Part shown: piece by piece, positions 53,941 through 63,939 of the stretch
How the letters are laid out: the number at the start of each line of letters is the position of its first letter
How positions within the stretch are numbered: the first letter of the stretch is position 1
Source of the DNA: a virus
Strand: one strand, 5' to 3'
Virus record (IMG/VR): IMGVR_UViG_3300010346_000749
Span: 1 to 64,000 of that record
Length of the DNA stretch: 64,000 nucleotides
The notes under the pieces: model-generated
The model's database searches: none
Seen by the model: the letters and a program-made list of their open reading frames with translations, nothing else
What the model was told of the DNA's origin: nothing
Made by a program: the position numbers and the translations under genes

Positions 53941-56082
53941 ATGTTATGGATTAGTCTATTTGTTGTTATTAGTATTGTGTTGTTTATCTTTCTAATTATT
54001 TTAAATGTGGGGAATATACAAAAGACCAATCATAAAATAGATGATTTAGAACAACTTGAAAAGAAAAAACTTGAAATGAAAGAATTAGAAGACCATCTTA
54101 AAAAATTAGCTGAAATCAATATATCTTACTCTAAAGAATTGGATACATTTACTGAATTTCATGAAACCGTTTTAAAAAAATCATCTGATTTAGAGTTGCA
54201 ATTCAAAACTCTTTTTAATAATTCTCCAATTGGAATATGCCGAGTGTCTATAAGTGGAAAATATATTTACGCAAATTCTGCTTTAGCTAGAATGTTAGGC
54301 TATTTTGATGCCACTGAATTGACAAGTCTTGTTCAGAATACATCAGAACAAATATTTATGTTTCCAGATGAACGAAAAAGAGTTATTAAAAAACTTTCCA
54401 TTAAACCTTATGAACCAGTTTTAATTGAACATGAATTAAAAAAGAAAAATGGAACTTCCATATTTACAAGATGCAAGTATATGGGAGTATTAAATGAAAG
54501 AGAACAATTATCTTATATGGATGTTATAATAGAAGATATTTCTGATTTAAAGAAAAAAGAACAAGAGTTATATGATCAAAATGACATGATCATGGAATTA
54601 TTAAAAGAACAACAAGAAATGAATGATCATTTAGACAAACAGGTTAAAGAGAGAACAAAAGAATTAGAGAAAAAGAGATATGAATTAGAAAAGATGAATC
54701 ATGAATTATTAAAAATGAAAAATCTTTTTGAGAACATGTATAAGAAAGCTCCAATTGGATTATTTAGATCAAGTATTTCAACTGGCAAATTTCTTTCTTG
54801 CAATGATGCAACTGCTCATATATTTGATGTAAGAAATGCTGACGAATTTCTTAAAATAGTTAATGCTTTAGATATTTGGGGAAATAAAAAAAGAAGAGAT
54901 GAATTAATAGAACATTTTAAAAATCTTCCTTCAATGACTACCTATAATCATATTGATTATTGCCAAACACCAATATCTAAAAAAGAAAGATATGTATCTG
55001 TTTCAGAACTTGCCAATTTTGATGATGATTATTTTGAAGGAGCATTTATTGATGTCACGGAAGAGTATTTAGCTAAAAAGAAACTGGAAGAAATGAATAA
55101 AAATTTAGCTAAAATTGTTAATGAAAGAACACACAATCTAATTGAACAATATGCTTATACTCAACAATTAATATCAGAATTGGAAGAATCAAATAATCTT
55201 CTCAAAATAAAAACAAATAATCTTGAATTAAATCAATTAAAATTAAAATCTATCATAAAAACAATTCCTGACAGTATTATTGTTTGCAAAATAAATGGTA
55301 AAATAACCGAATCATATAATATTCCAATGAATTTATTTCATGGGGATCCAATCGATTCAATTTTATCTTTATTCAATTTAGATAATTCTTCTTATTTAAT
55401 AAAATGTTTTGAAAAAATTATTCAAGAACATCATCCTGAAATTCAAAGTGGTATGATAAAAGAATTATTTAATAATCAAATCAGTTGGTTTGAATATAAT
55501 ATTTTTAAAATGAATTCCGATCATGTTATTTTAGTTTTTAGAGATATTACTTCGAGAATGCAGACAAAAACATTATTAGATTCAATATTACAGTCAACAC
55601 AGATTCTTTTAACTAAGAAGCCTTTTGAATGTGCTTTGTATGAATCTCTTGAATGGTTTGGTAAACTCAACAATGTTCAACGGGTATTTGTTTATAAAAA
55701 TGAGGAAGATTCCTATATGAGTTCATTGGTATCAGAATATCATGAAGACCATCTTTTTGATTTAAACAAAGATCAAAATAGACAATTGGATTATCTAAAA
55801 ATGTCTAATGACCTTTCAATTTATAATCAATTAAAACAGGGGAAATGTGTTGAATTTATTATGAAAAATGAAGACCATGAAAAAATTCCAATAGTTGAGA
55901 GATTGAAACATAAAGGAGTTAAATCTATTTTATGTGTTCCTATTATTTTTCAATTGGATTTCTTAGGATATTTAGGAATTAGTGATTATGTATCAGATAG
56001 GATTTGGTCAGAGACTGAAAAACAAACATTATTGACATTTGCAACTAACATTGGTTTGATGATGGAAAAGGAGAATTTTTGA
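53941..56082 (+). CDS. membrane-anchored sensor protein: TM, coiled coil, three PAS-like domains, C-terminal GAF; no output domain
   Basis: 713 aa. N-terminal TM LWISLFVVISIVLFIFLIILNV. PAS starts at LFNNSPIGICRVSISGKYIYANSALARMLGY, MYKKAPIGLFRSS and IIKTIPDSIIVCK. GAF-type ending CVPIIFQLDFLGYLGISDYVSDRIWSETEKQTLLTFATNIG. Confidence 0.7.
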   Translation: MLWISLFVVISIVLFIFLIILNVGNIQKTNHKIDDLEQLEKKKLEMKELEDHLKKLAEINISYSKELDTFTEFHETVLKKSSDLELQFKTLFNNSPIGICRVSISGKYIYANSALARMLGYFDATELTSLVQNTSEQIFMFPDERKRVIKKLSIKPYEPVLIEHELKKKNGTSIFTRCKYMGVLNEREQLSYMDVIIEDISDLKKKEQELYDQNDMIMELLKEQQEMNDHLDKQVKERTKELEKKRYELEKMNHELLKMKNLFENMYKKAPIGLFRSSISTGKFLSCNDATAHIFDVRNADEFLKIVNALDIWGNKKRRDELIEHFKNLPSMTTYNHIDYCQTPISKKERYVSVSELANFDDDYFEGAFIDVTEEYLAKKKLEEMNKNLAKIVNERTHNLIEQYAYTQQLISELEESNNLLKIKTNNLELNQLKLKSIIKTIPDSIIVCKINGKITESYNIPMNLFHGDPIDSILSLFNLDNSSYLIKCFEKIIQEHHPEIQSGMIKELFNNQISWFEYNIFKMNSDHVILVFRDITSRMQTKTLLDSILQSTQILLTKKPFECALYESLEWFGKLNNVQRVFVYKNEEDSYMSSLVSEYHEDHLFDLNKDQNRQLDYLKMSNDLSIYNQLKQGKCVEFIMKNEDHEKIPIVERLKHKGVKSILCVPIIFQLDFLGYLGISDYVSDRIWSETEKQTLLTFATNIGLMMEKENF

Positions 56083-57137
56083 TGAAATGTTGTAAACATC
56101 TAACAATTAGACAAAAATTATATTTTAGTTTGGTATTTACTTTTTTCATTTCATTCTTGTTAATCTTTGTTATTGGAAATCTTTATATTGAATTATCCTT
56201 TAAAGAATCTGATGAAAAATTACTTCAAAAAGAAATGAATTTGGCATCTCTTATCATTGGAAATTTTCAAGATAAAATTGATAGTTTTGTATATGATTAT
56301 GCGCATTGGGAAGAAACATATAAATATACTTCTAATGATAATAAAGAATTTGTTAATAGGGAATTGTTAAATAATTTTACTATTTCATCAAATTATATTG
56401 ACATATTACAAATCATTTCTGTGAATGGAGATATTCTTTTTCAATATGATTACACAATATTGAAAACTGGAATACCAAAAGAATTCTTAACAGTTAATAA
56501 ACAATTCATTAATAATAAAAACGATAGTTCTATTTCTGGATATTATTTTGTGGAATCAAGAAATGAAATGTATTATATTGTTTCATATCCAATTGTTTGC
56601 CCAAAACATAAAGAATATCCAACTAAAGCTAGTTTGGTTGGTATTGGTAAATTGAATTGGAATAAAATATTTCCAAGAGGCTTTTCACTTTTTGATTCAA
56701 CAATTGATTTTCAATTTAAACCTCCATTTGATTTGAAACAAAACATGAAAATTCAAAATACACAAGGTCAATTATTTTCAGAATATATTTTAAAAGATGT
56801 TCAGGATAGACCCGTTGGTAAAATTCAATTAACAAAATCATTTGAAATCAAAAATACTTTAGATTCATTTTTTACCTTAATAATGTTTATTTTCTTAATA
56901 GTTTTTATTTTTTTTCTAACACTTCTTTTTTACTTTTTCATTTCCATTTTTAGGAAAATTAATCAGGTTTGTCTCATCATATATGAAATTAATAATATGG
57001 GATCATTAGATGAAATTGAAAATCTAAATATTCAAGAAAAACAATGTCAGTTCGACAATAAAAATGAATTTGAATTTTTAGATTGCCAACTTTATAAAAT
57101 GATTAATAAATATTTCAATAAGGGAAGACATATCTAA
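56082..57137 (+). CDS. membrane protein with CHASE4-like extracytoplasmic sensor domain
   Basis: Two TM segments flank a domain beginning ...FQDKIDSFVYDYAHWEETYKY, the D-Y-A-x-W-[DE]-x-x-Y hallmark of CHASE4 (from memory); ATG overlaps the upstream TGA. Confidence 0.5.
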   Translation: MKCCKHLTIRQKLYFSLVFTFFISFLLIFVIGNLYIELSFKESDEKLLQKEMNLASLIIGNFQDKIDSFVYDYAHWEETYKYTSNDNKEFVNRELLNNFTISSNYIDILQIISVNGDILFQYDYTILKTGIPKEFLTVNKQFINNKNDSSISGYYFVESRNEMYYIVSYPIVCPKHKEYPTKASLVGIGKLNWNKIFPRGFSLFDSTIDFQFKPPFDLKQNMKIQNTQGQLFSEYILKDVQDRPVGKIQLTKSFEIKNTLDSFFTLIMFIFLIVFIFFLTLLFYFFISIFRKINQVCLIIYEINNMGSLDEIENLNIQEKQCQFDNKNEFEFLDCQLYKMINKYFNKGRHI

Positions 57138-57138
57138 A

Positions 57139-57930
57139 ATGAGCGATAGATTTTGGGAATTTTTAGAAACGGTTCTTAAAAAGGATAAGGATGTTTTTCT
57201 AGCGATAATCTTTTTGGCAATCCCCCTTGGTTTATTAGGTTTTGGGATTATTACACCTGATCATTTTTTCAGTTTAGAAAAACCAGTCATAATCTTTTTT
57301 ATCATATCATTTATTCTAATACTATTCTTTTTCATTTTCGTTAGAATAAATAAAATTTTAAAAGTTGTTGGAGAAGGTTCATCATCAAGTCGAGCCTCAT
57401 CACCTGAATATACACAAATTGTACAATTAATGACTGAAATCTCAAAATACTTAAATGATCGACATGATGAAAATTTAAAATTGGTCACACAAATGATTCA
57501 AGTTCAACAGGCTCTTAAAAAGATGCCTAGTAAAAAACAAATCATTATGATGGTCGAATATGGATTAATGACACTAACATTTAACCTAATAGAAACCTTA
57601 ATAGCTTTTTCAAGACAAAATGTGAATCTTATACAAAATCAAAATACTCAACAAAATTTAATTCGAAAAGCAGAATTAGACATTAGTGATGCAAAAAATG
57701 AATTTTTAAAAATCATTAATGTTCATTTAAACAGGTTGGTATCACCTGAAATATATTCACAAATGGAATATGAATTAGATCAATATTTAACGGACACTGT
57801 TAGAATTATTTTACGTGATCAAGCAAATCTTGAAGATAAAATTATAAATATCAATCTTCTTGCAAGAACTCTCTCAAACAATATTTTAGGTTTAATTGCA
57901 AATAATTTGAAATGGCCTGACGAGGATTGA
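57139..57930 (+). CDS. membrane protein, helical C-terminal domain
   Basis: 263 aa, two N-terminal TM segments; one nt after the upstream stop. Confidence 0.55.
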   Translation: MSDRFWEFLETVLKKDKDVFLAIIFLAIPLGLLGFGIITPDHFFSLEKPVIIFFIISFILILFFFIFVRINKILKVVGEGSSSSRASSPEYTQIVQLMTEISKYLNDRHDENLKLVTQMIQVQQALKKMPSKKQIIMMVEYGLMTLTFNLIETLIAFSRQNVNLIQNQNTQQNLIRKAELDISDAKNEFLKIINVHLNRLVSPEIYSQMEYELDQYLTDTVRIILRDQANLEDKIININLLARTLSNNILGLIANNLKWPDED

Positions 57931-58946
57931 TGGTTATGACTTCGACAAATTTATTAATAATCTTGTGTGTTGTAATAATTGTTCTTTTAATTATTGGCTA
58001 TAATTCCAATGAAGACAATAATTTTAACAAAAAGAAAAAGAACATTGAGGAAAAAAAGAAAAGAAAGGATGACCTCAATGTTATTAAGAACCTAACAAAA
58101 GAAATAGCTCAAAAGGATGAACAATCAACTCAATTAATTCAAGAATTTCTCAAAAGAGAAACTGCTTCAATCATAATGAGTGAAGAGAAAAATAGATTTT
58201 ACGAATCAATTATGGATCACACATCTTCACCAATTTATGTTCAGGATATGAAAGGAAAATTTATTTTAATAAATAAAGCTTTTACAGAAATGTTTAAAAT
58301 AAATAAATCAGAACTTGATCTACAAAAATATAACAATACTAATTTTCTAAATAGGCTTCTTACGGATTTTGACATGCATGAAAATCTTTTGTCTGATGCT
58401 TTTGTATTTGATTATAAAGAACCAACTTCTTGTTTATTTCAATTGACAAATGGAAAGGTTATTACCATTAAAAAAACCTATTATCAAAATTCTGTGATGG
58501 AATCTTTTCTAATTGGTATTATTAGTGATATTTCAGAACTACACAAAGAAAAGGAAGCTGTTTCTTATGAAAAGAATATGTTAGAACTGATTCTAGATTC
58601 ATTACCATTACCAATTTTCGTGACAGATGAAAACCTCATTGTTCTTAAAGTTAATAAAACACTGTGTGAATTATTTGGAAAAGAAAAGTCTGATTTCATC
58701 AATACGAAATATTGTTGTAAAGATATGTTTCAGTGTGGCCAATGTAATCCTTGCCAAATTGATGAAAAACAAGAATTTTCTGAGAAGATATTTTTAAATG
58801 GTCAATTAATAGAACAAAAGAGATATGTTATTATTATTAGTAAAGCATTTTTATTGAATGAAAACAAACATTTTGTAATTTCAATGTTTGATAAAAAACA
58901 CGAGTATGGACTTTTTCAGAATTGCGGTGATTCAAACCATGATTAA
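57930..58946 (+). CDS. membrane-anchored double PAS-like protein with Cys cluster
   Basis: TM, then PAS starts at IMDHTSSPIYVQDMKGKFILINKAFTEMF and ILDSLPLPIFVTDENLIVLKVNKTLCELFG; cluster YCCKDMFQCGQCNPC; ATG overlaps the upstream TGA. Confidence 0.6.
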   Translation: MVMTSTNLLIILCVVIIVLLIIGYNSNEDNNFNKKKKNIEEKKKRKDDLNVIKNLTKEIAQKDEQSTQLIQEFLKRETASIIMSEEKNRFYESIMDHTSSPIYVQDMKGKFILINKAFTEMFKINKSELDLQKYNNTNFLNRLLTDFDMHENLLSDAFVFDYKEPTSCLFQLTNGKVITIKKTYYQNSVMESFLIGIISDISELHKEKEAVSYEKNMLELILDSLPLPIFVTDENLIVLKVNKTLCELFGKEKSDFINTKYCCKDMFQCGQCNPCQIDEKQEFSEKIFLNGQLIEQKRYVIIISKAFLLNENKHFVISMFDKKHEYGLFQNCGDSNHD

Positions 58947-59547
58947 GTATCTTAGAGAAAAAATATCATTCTTATTTTTGATCATCATTTCAATATCTTT
59001 TTTATTGTTGAATGGAATGAATCATATTGAAGCTTATAATAAGTATGCTAAATCAGTTTGGAAAAACAATTATTCCTTTATTTTAGAATCAACTTCTAAG
59101 AACATTTCAAATTACATTCAACTCAATAAAAACATTAAACCATTTAATGAAAGTCTTAAAGAAGCTTTAATATATTATGTCAAAAGTTTTTCTCTTCATG
59201 ATTCATATACAAATTTCTTTTTTTATGAAACACAAGAGAATGATTTGATAAATGATTCTTTTATTGATCAATTCAAAGATAAGATTTATTATAAATTAGA
59301 AAATGATCCAAATGATATTATCAAAATGTCATCAATAGAAAATTATCTAATACTAACACAAAAATTTATGTTATTGGAAAATAAAACTGTCTTATTGGGT
59401 ATCTTAATTACACAATCAGATTTAATTGAATATTCAAATACTTATCTTTTTATTGATAGAGAAATCAATAATATTTTCTTCTTTGGAATATTTATTATTT
59501 TGTTAATTCTCTATGATTATTATCTATATGTGAAAAATGAGGGATAA
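58939..59547 (+). CDS. bitopic membrane protein
   Basis: In-frame ATG 58939 (MIKYLREKISFLFLIIISISFLLL) overlaps the upstream stop region; second TM at the C-terminus; track start 58888 is a TTG. Confidence 0.5.
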   Translation: MIKYLREKISFLFLIIISISFLLLNGMNHIEAYNKYAKSVWKNNYSFILESTSKNISNYIQLNKNIKPFNESLKEALIYYVKSFSLHDSYTNFFFYETQENDLINDSFIDQFKDKIYYKLENDPNDIIKMSSIENYLILTQKFMLLENKTVLLGILITQSDLIEYSNTYLFIDREINNIFFFGIFIILLILYDYYLYVKNEG

Positions 59548-59550
59548 TGA

Positions 59551-59880
59551 ATGGCAGATTTTAAACTAGAATTACTTGTTCAAGTAGCATTAAATCAAGA
59601 ATCAACTGTTTTATATACTGTTCCAAATGGAAAAACCTGTATTATAACAGAATGTATTTTATGTAATACTTCACCGAATGATGTAAATATTTATCAGTCT
59701 TTCGTTAAAAGGGCTGAAGGACTTAGCACTAAAAATACAATTATTAAAGATTTAACCCTTAAACCAAATGAAACTTATCGAATGACATTTAGCACATTTC
59801 TTGCCCCATATACGACAATTAGAATGCATGCAACAGAAGAGAATGTTGTCTCTTGCCAAATATCTGGAGTTCTGATATAA
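59551..59880 (+). CDS. hypothetical protein
   Basis: 109-aa ORF 3 nt after the previous stop. Confidence 0.55.
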   Translation: MADFKLELLVQVALNQESTVLYTVPNGKTCIITECILCNTSPNDVNIYQSFVKRAEGLSTKNTIIKDLTLKPNETYRMTFSTFLAPYTTIRMHATEENVVSCQISGVLI

Positions 59881-59895
59881 TAGGGAAGGCATAAT

Positions 59896-60192
59896 ATGTT
59901 TAGGTCAATAAATCAAAGATTATCAAATGATACAACAAGATTACAAGAACCTATTGTTATTGATCAAAATGTTCAGGGGATTAAAAAAGGTAATGGTTTG
60001 TTTGCTGGAAATAATTTAGAAACTGTAATTGCACATGGTTTGGGATATGCCCCAAAATACGTAAATGTAATTCCAATAAATAATCCTCAAGGGACTTTGG
60101 GCGAAATATGGACACGAATGGATCAAACAAATATTTATGTTGGGAATACTGGAACATTTACAGGTCAATTTGTTTGGATTGTAATTAAATAG
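59896..60192 (+). CDS. hypothetical protein
   Basis: 98-aa ORF, RBS GGGAAGG; TAG stop, second TAG two codons later. Confidence 0.55.
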   Translation: MFRSINQRLSNDTTRLQEPIVIDQNVQGIKKGNGLFAGNNLETVIAHGLGYAPKYVNVIPINNPQGTLGEIWTRMDQTNIYVGNTGTFTGQFVWIVIK

Positions 60193-60207
60193 AAGGAGTA
60201 GGATGAA

Positions 60208-61716
60208 ATGGATTTATCCACAGTTGAAAAAATATATCAACAAGATTATAAATCAGTTCCAATTATGAATTCGACATATATTATTACTGGTAAATGTAGT
60301 CTTGCATGTAAATATTGTTTTGAGAGAGGTATGCCTGCTTCAAAAAGAAAGGACATGTCCAGTCAAGTAGCTATTCAAGGAATGGAATTTCTTTTTGAAA
60401 ATTCAAAACATATGCCAAATAATAGATCAATTTCAATTATGTTGTTCGGCGGAGAACCAACAATGAATCCACGAACAATTATTAGTCTAATAAATCATTA
60501 TAAAAATAATATTAAACCAAGATATCCAAATAGAAATTTTAGCATGAATATTATCACGAATTGTTGTCAATTATCAGATGAACTTTATAATTGTTTTCTT
60601 GAGAATGCACAATTAATAAATCTTTCTTGCCAGGTGTCAATTGATGGCATGCCAGAGATTCAAGATTTAAATAGAATACAGCCAAATGGAAAAGGTTCTT
60701 CTCATTTAATTCCAGATACATTAAATAAATGGAAACATATTTTTAAACATGATCCAAAACGATTGAATGTTCATGGGTGTTGCTCACCTGAAACCATTTC
60801 TTATTTATATGAAAATTATTGTTATTTTAAAGATGTTTATGGAATTTCCCAAATTTGGTTTTTACCAGTTCCAGAATTGGATTGGAAACCAGAACATGTA
60901 AAGATTTATGATGAACAAATGAATAAAATTTACCATGATGTTCTCAATGACGTTAAAAAAACTGGCGATGTTAATCAAGCATTCTGTTATGCTCCTTTAG
61001 ATAGATTTATGTCATGTGATTTTCCAGATAAACCTTGTGGAGCTGGAACAGATTATTGCACAATAACACAAGATGGAGATTTATTTCCTTGCCATCAACT
61101 TTATTTTTGTGATAAAGAAAATGAGACATGCATGGGAAATATTTGGGATGGTGTTGATGATGACAAAAGAAGAATCTTTTTAGAGTATGATAGTTTTGAT
61201 TTAACCTGTCCATCTTCATGTGATCATGGAGCTTGTTATAGATGTTTTGCTTCCAATTATCAAAATCGTGGATCAATGTTATCTCAAATAAGAGGATATT
61301 ATTGTTCGATGATGAAAATAGATCAGAAATATGAAAGAATGTTAAAGGAGGAACTTTTTAAAATGGGACTATTAAATGGAGAAAATATGAACCACAATCC
61401 AAATTGTCTATGTGATTCTCGTGGCGATCAAAATGTTTGCCATAAAGAATGTAATGGAGAATGCCAGGGGGAATGTGGCAATGAATATTGCCAAGATGGT
61501 TGCCACGATTGCCATTGCGGAAGTGAAGATCAACATATTAAATCTCAATGGCAAGATAAAGTTTGTAATTCTGAATTTGAAATAGATACATTTACTGATG
61601 AACAGGGTAATGAAATTACAATTAAGAGGCGAAAGAAACAAACCAATATTGATGAAGCTATTAATATTTTGTCTCAAGCATTCAGTGAAGTTATTAAATT
61701 ACTTCAACAGAGGTAA
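60208..61716 (+). CDS. radical SAM enzyme with SPASM-type auxiliary cluster domain and Cys/His-rich C-terminal tail
   Basis: CSLACKYC (CxxxCxxC), LFGGEPT, SIDG. Then CGAGTDYCTITQDGDLFPCHQ and CPSSCDHGACYRC, typical of SPASM/anSME-like maturases. Tail CLCDSRGDQNVCHKECNGECQGECGNEYCQDGCHDCHCG. RBS AAGGAG. Confidence 0.85.
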   Translation: MDLSTVEKIYQQDYKSVPIMNSTYIITGKCSLACKYCFERGMPASKRKDMSSQVAIQGMEFLFENSKHMPNNRSISIMLFGGEPTMNPRTIISLINHYKNNIKPRYPNRNFSMNIITNCCQLSDELYNCFLENAQLINLSCQVSIDGMPEIQDLNRIQPNGKGSSHLIPDTLNKWKHIFKHDPKRLNVHGCCSPETISYLYENYCYFKDVYGISQIWFLPVPELDWKPEHVKIYDEQMNKIYHDVLNDVKKTGDVNQAFCYAPLDRFMSCDFPDKPCGAGTDYCTITQDGDLFPCHQLYFCDKENETCMGNIWDGVDDDKRRIFLEYDSFDLTCPSSCDHGACYRCFASNYQNRGSMLSQIRGYYCSMMKIDQKYERMLKEELFKMGLLNGENMNHNPNCLCDSRGDQNVCHKECNGECQGECGNEYCQDGCHDCHCGSEDQHIKSQWQDKVCNSEFEIDTFTDEQGNEITIKRRKKQTNIDEAINILSQAFSEVIKLLQQR

Positions 61717-61723
61717 TTTTTAA

Positions 61724-62632
61724 ATGATGAAACGAGTTGAAACGTATGTTGTATATGTATCCGGCAGATGTAATTGCAATTGTCATTATTGTTATCTTAA
61801 AACTGGTGGGTTGAACCCAAAACTCGATTATGATTTTGATACAGATATTAAACCATTATTGGACAACATCAAGAAATCTACTGAACCATTTGTAATTGAA
61901 TTTCTTGGTGGTGATCCGATTGTAGATGACTTATCTGTTTTAAATTTAATCAAAACGGTTAATTATTTTCCAACTGGTCAGCCTTTCATTATTACAACAA
62001 ATGGAACAAGGTTGCCAAATGAAATACTCGAATTGTTAAAATCAAATCCAAATATTTATTGGGCGGCTTCAATGGATGGAACAAAGTGGGCTAATCAATT
62101 GAGAATTACCAAAGATGGATATAATACTTATGATTTGGTAATGGAAAATATTAAGACTCTTAAAATGAATAATATTCCTGATAAACAAATTGGCATTCAC
62201 TTAATTACACATCCTTATAATATTGCTTTTCTGGAACAAAGTATTGATCATCTTTACAAAAAAGGCATTAGAAATTTTGGAATTGGAACAGTAGAATCTA
62301 CCATGAAGATAGGATATGAATATTGTTCTAGATTCATATATGAATTGAATCAAGTTTCTACCAATATTTGCAATGGTAAATATCCTGAAATTGGTATTGA
62401 TTTATTTAATGGTATTAAACCAAGAGAAGATATCAGGCAATATATACACGATGGTAATGGAAATATTATTGGTGAATCTTATGGAAGAAATAAAGATGAT
62501 TTTACACAAACTGATACTTTTAATGTTCAAAAATGTGATAATACAAAGAGAAATTTAATTCAAGAAATTCGTGAAGAAGTCTATTGGAATCATCAAGATA
62601 ATCTCAAAAAGAGGCTCTTTCATAATAAATAG
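61724..62632 (+). CDS. second radical SAM enzyme (no SPASM extension)
   Basis: CNCNCHYC (CxxxCxxC), FLGGDP, ITTNG, SMDG; 7 nt after the previous stop. Confidence 0.8.
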   Translation: MMKRVETYVVYVSGRCNCNCHYCYLKTGGLNPKLDYDFDTDIKPLLDNIKKSTEPFVIEFLGGDPIVDDLSVLNLIKTVNYFPTGQPFIITTNGTRLPNEILELLKSNPNIYWAASMDGTKWANQLRITKDGYNTYDLVMENIKTLKMNNIPDKQIGIHLITHPYNIAFLEQSIDHLYKKGIRNFGIGTVESTMKIGYEYCSRFIYELNQVSTNICNGKYPEIGIDLFNGIKPREDIRQYIHDGNGNIIGESYGRNKDDFTQTDTFNVQKCDNTKRNLIQEIREEVYWNHQDNLKKRLFHNK

Positions 62633-62643
62633 GGTGAATTTTA

Positions 62644-63897
62644 ATGGCAATTTTAATAGCAAATGAATTTTTTCTAAAACAAATTTTAGAAATGGCCAAA
62701 AGAAGAAAAGGACATACCATTTCGGATATAGATAACCAATGGGAGTCTTTGGATAAATTAAAAAACCTAATAAATAATATGGTTCAAAATAGAATTCAAA
62801 CACAAGATATCTGTCATTGCAATGTTAGAACATCTTCATGTGATTGTTTTAATAGAAGTTCAACAGTTTCAACATGTCTTTGTAATTTAAGAACAGTTGG
62901 ATGTGAATGTCAGGGGCGAATTATGGTTTGCCCCTCTCATTCACCAACACCATATTCTAATACTTCTATTAGTTTAAAAGAATTGCAAGATAAGGTAAAA
63001 TCATTAAGAGGTCAAACATTGAATAATTATCCATATCCCGGATGTTCTTGCCAAAATAGAACCAGCGACCCTATTTGCACTTGTCAAACTCGAACTGGAA
63101 CATGTAATTGTGTTTCTCGAACACCGTCTGCAGATATATGCATTTGTAATATTTATGCGTGTGTTTGTGTTTCTAGAACAAGTGTGCCGGGGCAATGGGG
63201 AGAACAATGTTATGAATATGCTCCAAGATATAAAGATTGGCCAACCAATTTTCCATCTGGAGGAAATCAAGGATGGGATAGTTCTTGGACTGTTAGTGGA
63301 CAATATATTTATGATGTTTGTCAATGTAAGGTTCGGACTATCCATCAACATGCATGTCATTGCAATTACAGAACTGGATTATGTCATGCTGTATCGACAT
63401 GCCCATCAGACAATATTAATGTTCCAGGTAGCACTTATTGTCAGTGTAATTGTTATCAATGGCCAAGTGGGCCACATTGTGAGTGTAAGTATCGTGTAAG
63501 TGGGTGTAGAGAACAAGAAAGATGCACGTGCAATATGAGATCACCCTGTTCAAAAGATTTAAAATTTCCAGGCACTGCAAGTCAGATCTGTTTAGTTTCC
63601 CCCTCGGCAACTTGCACAAATAGGTCGTATGATGGTGCACCATCATGCCCAAGTTTTATGCCAACTGGAACAGGTATTGGCGGATCAGATGATGAAGCAT
63701 CTTCTATGTGTAATACAGTTTCAAATAATAGTCCACGATGTGATTGCCAGTCAAGAACTCCAACAACACCAGTTTGTAATTGCAACTTACAAAATCCATG
63801 TGATTGTGTTTCAAGAACTTATACTGATCCACATATATGCAATACGAGATGTGGATGCAATGTTGTTTCAACATATGATACCATTATTAATGATTAA
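62644..63897 (+). CDS. Cys-repeat protein: about 18 units of C-x-C-(N/Q/V)-x-R-(T/S)
   Basis: 417 aa. Examples are CHCNVRT, CLCNLRT, CSCQNRT, CTCQTRT, CNCVSRT, CVCVSRT, CQCKVRT, CHCNYRT, CTCNMRS, CDCQSRT and CDCVSRT. Starts 11 nt after the radical SAM gene; terminator follows. Confidence 0.8.
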   Translation: MAILIANEFFLKQILEMAKRRKGHTISDIDNQWESLDKLKNLINNMVQNRIQTQDICHCNVRTSSCDCFNRSSTVSTCLCNLRTVGCECQGRIMVCPSHSPTPYSNTSISLKELQDKVKSLRGQTLNNYPYPGCSCQNRTSDPICTCQTRTGTCNCVSRTPSADICICNIYACVCVSRTSVPGQWGEQCYEYAPRYKDWPTNFPSGGNQGWDSSWTVSGQYIYDVCQCKVRTIHQHACHCNYRTGLCHAVSTCPSDNINVPGSTYCQCNCYQWPSGPHCECKYRVSGCREQERCTCNMRSPCSKDLKFPGTASQICLVSPSATCTNRSYDGAPSCPSFMPTGTGIGGSDDEASSMCNTVSNNSPRCDCQSRTPTTPVCNCNLQNPCDCVSRTYTDPHICNTRCGCNVVSTYDTIIND

Positions 63898-63907
63898 ACA
63901 ACTTAAA

Positions 63908-63939
63908 TTAGGCTAGGATAATTTCTAGCCTAATTTTTT
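63908..63939 (+). terminator. intrinsic terminator
   Basis: TTAGGCTAG-GATAATTT-CTAGCCTAA followed by TTTTTTA. Confidence 0.8.

Noticed and set aside
60190-60210. TAG-AAG-GAG-TAG lies in frame between ORF 59896-60192 and the radical SAM ORF, suggesting a read-through fusion
   Set aside because: AAGGAG is a well-spaced ribosome-binding site for ATG 60208, and the radical SAM N-terminus is complete. The frame identity is probably coincidental. It is noted only under the TAG finding.
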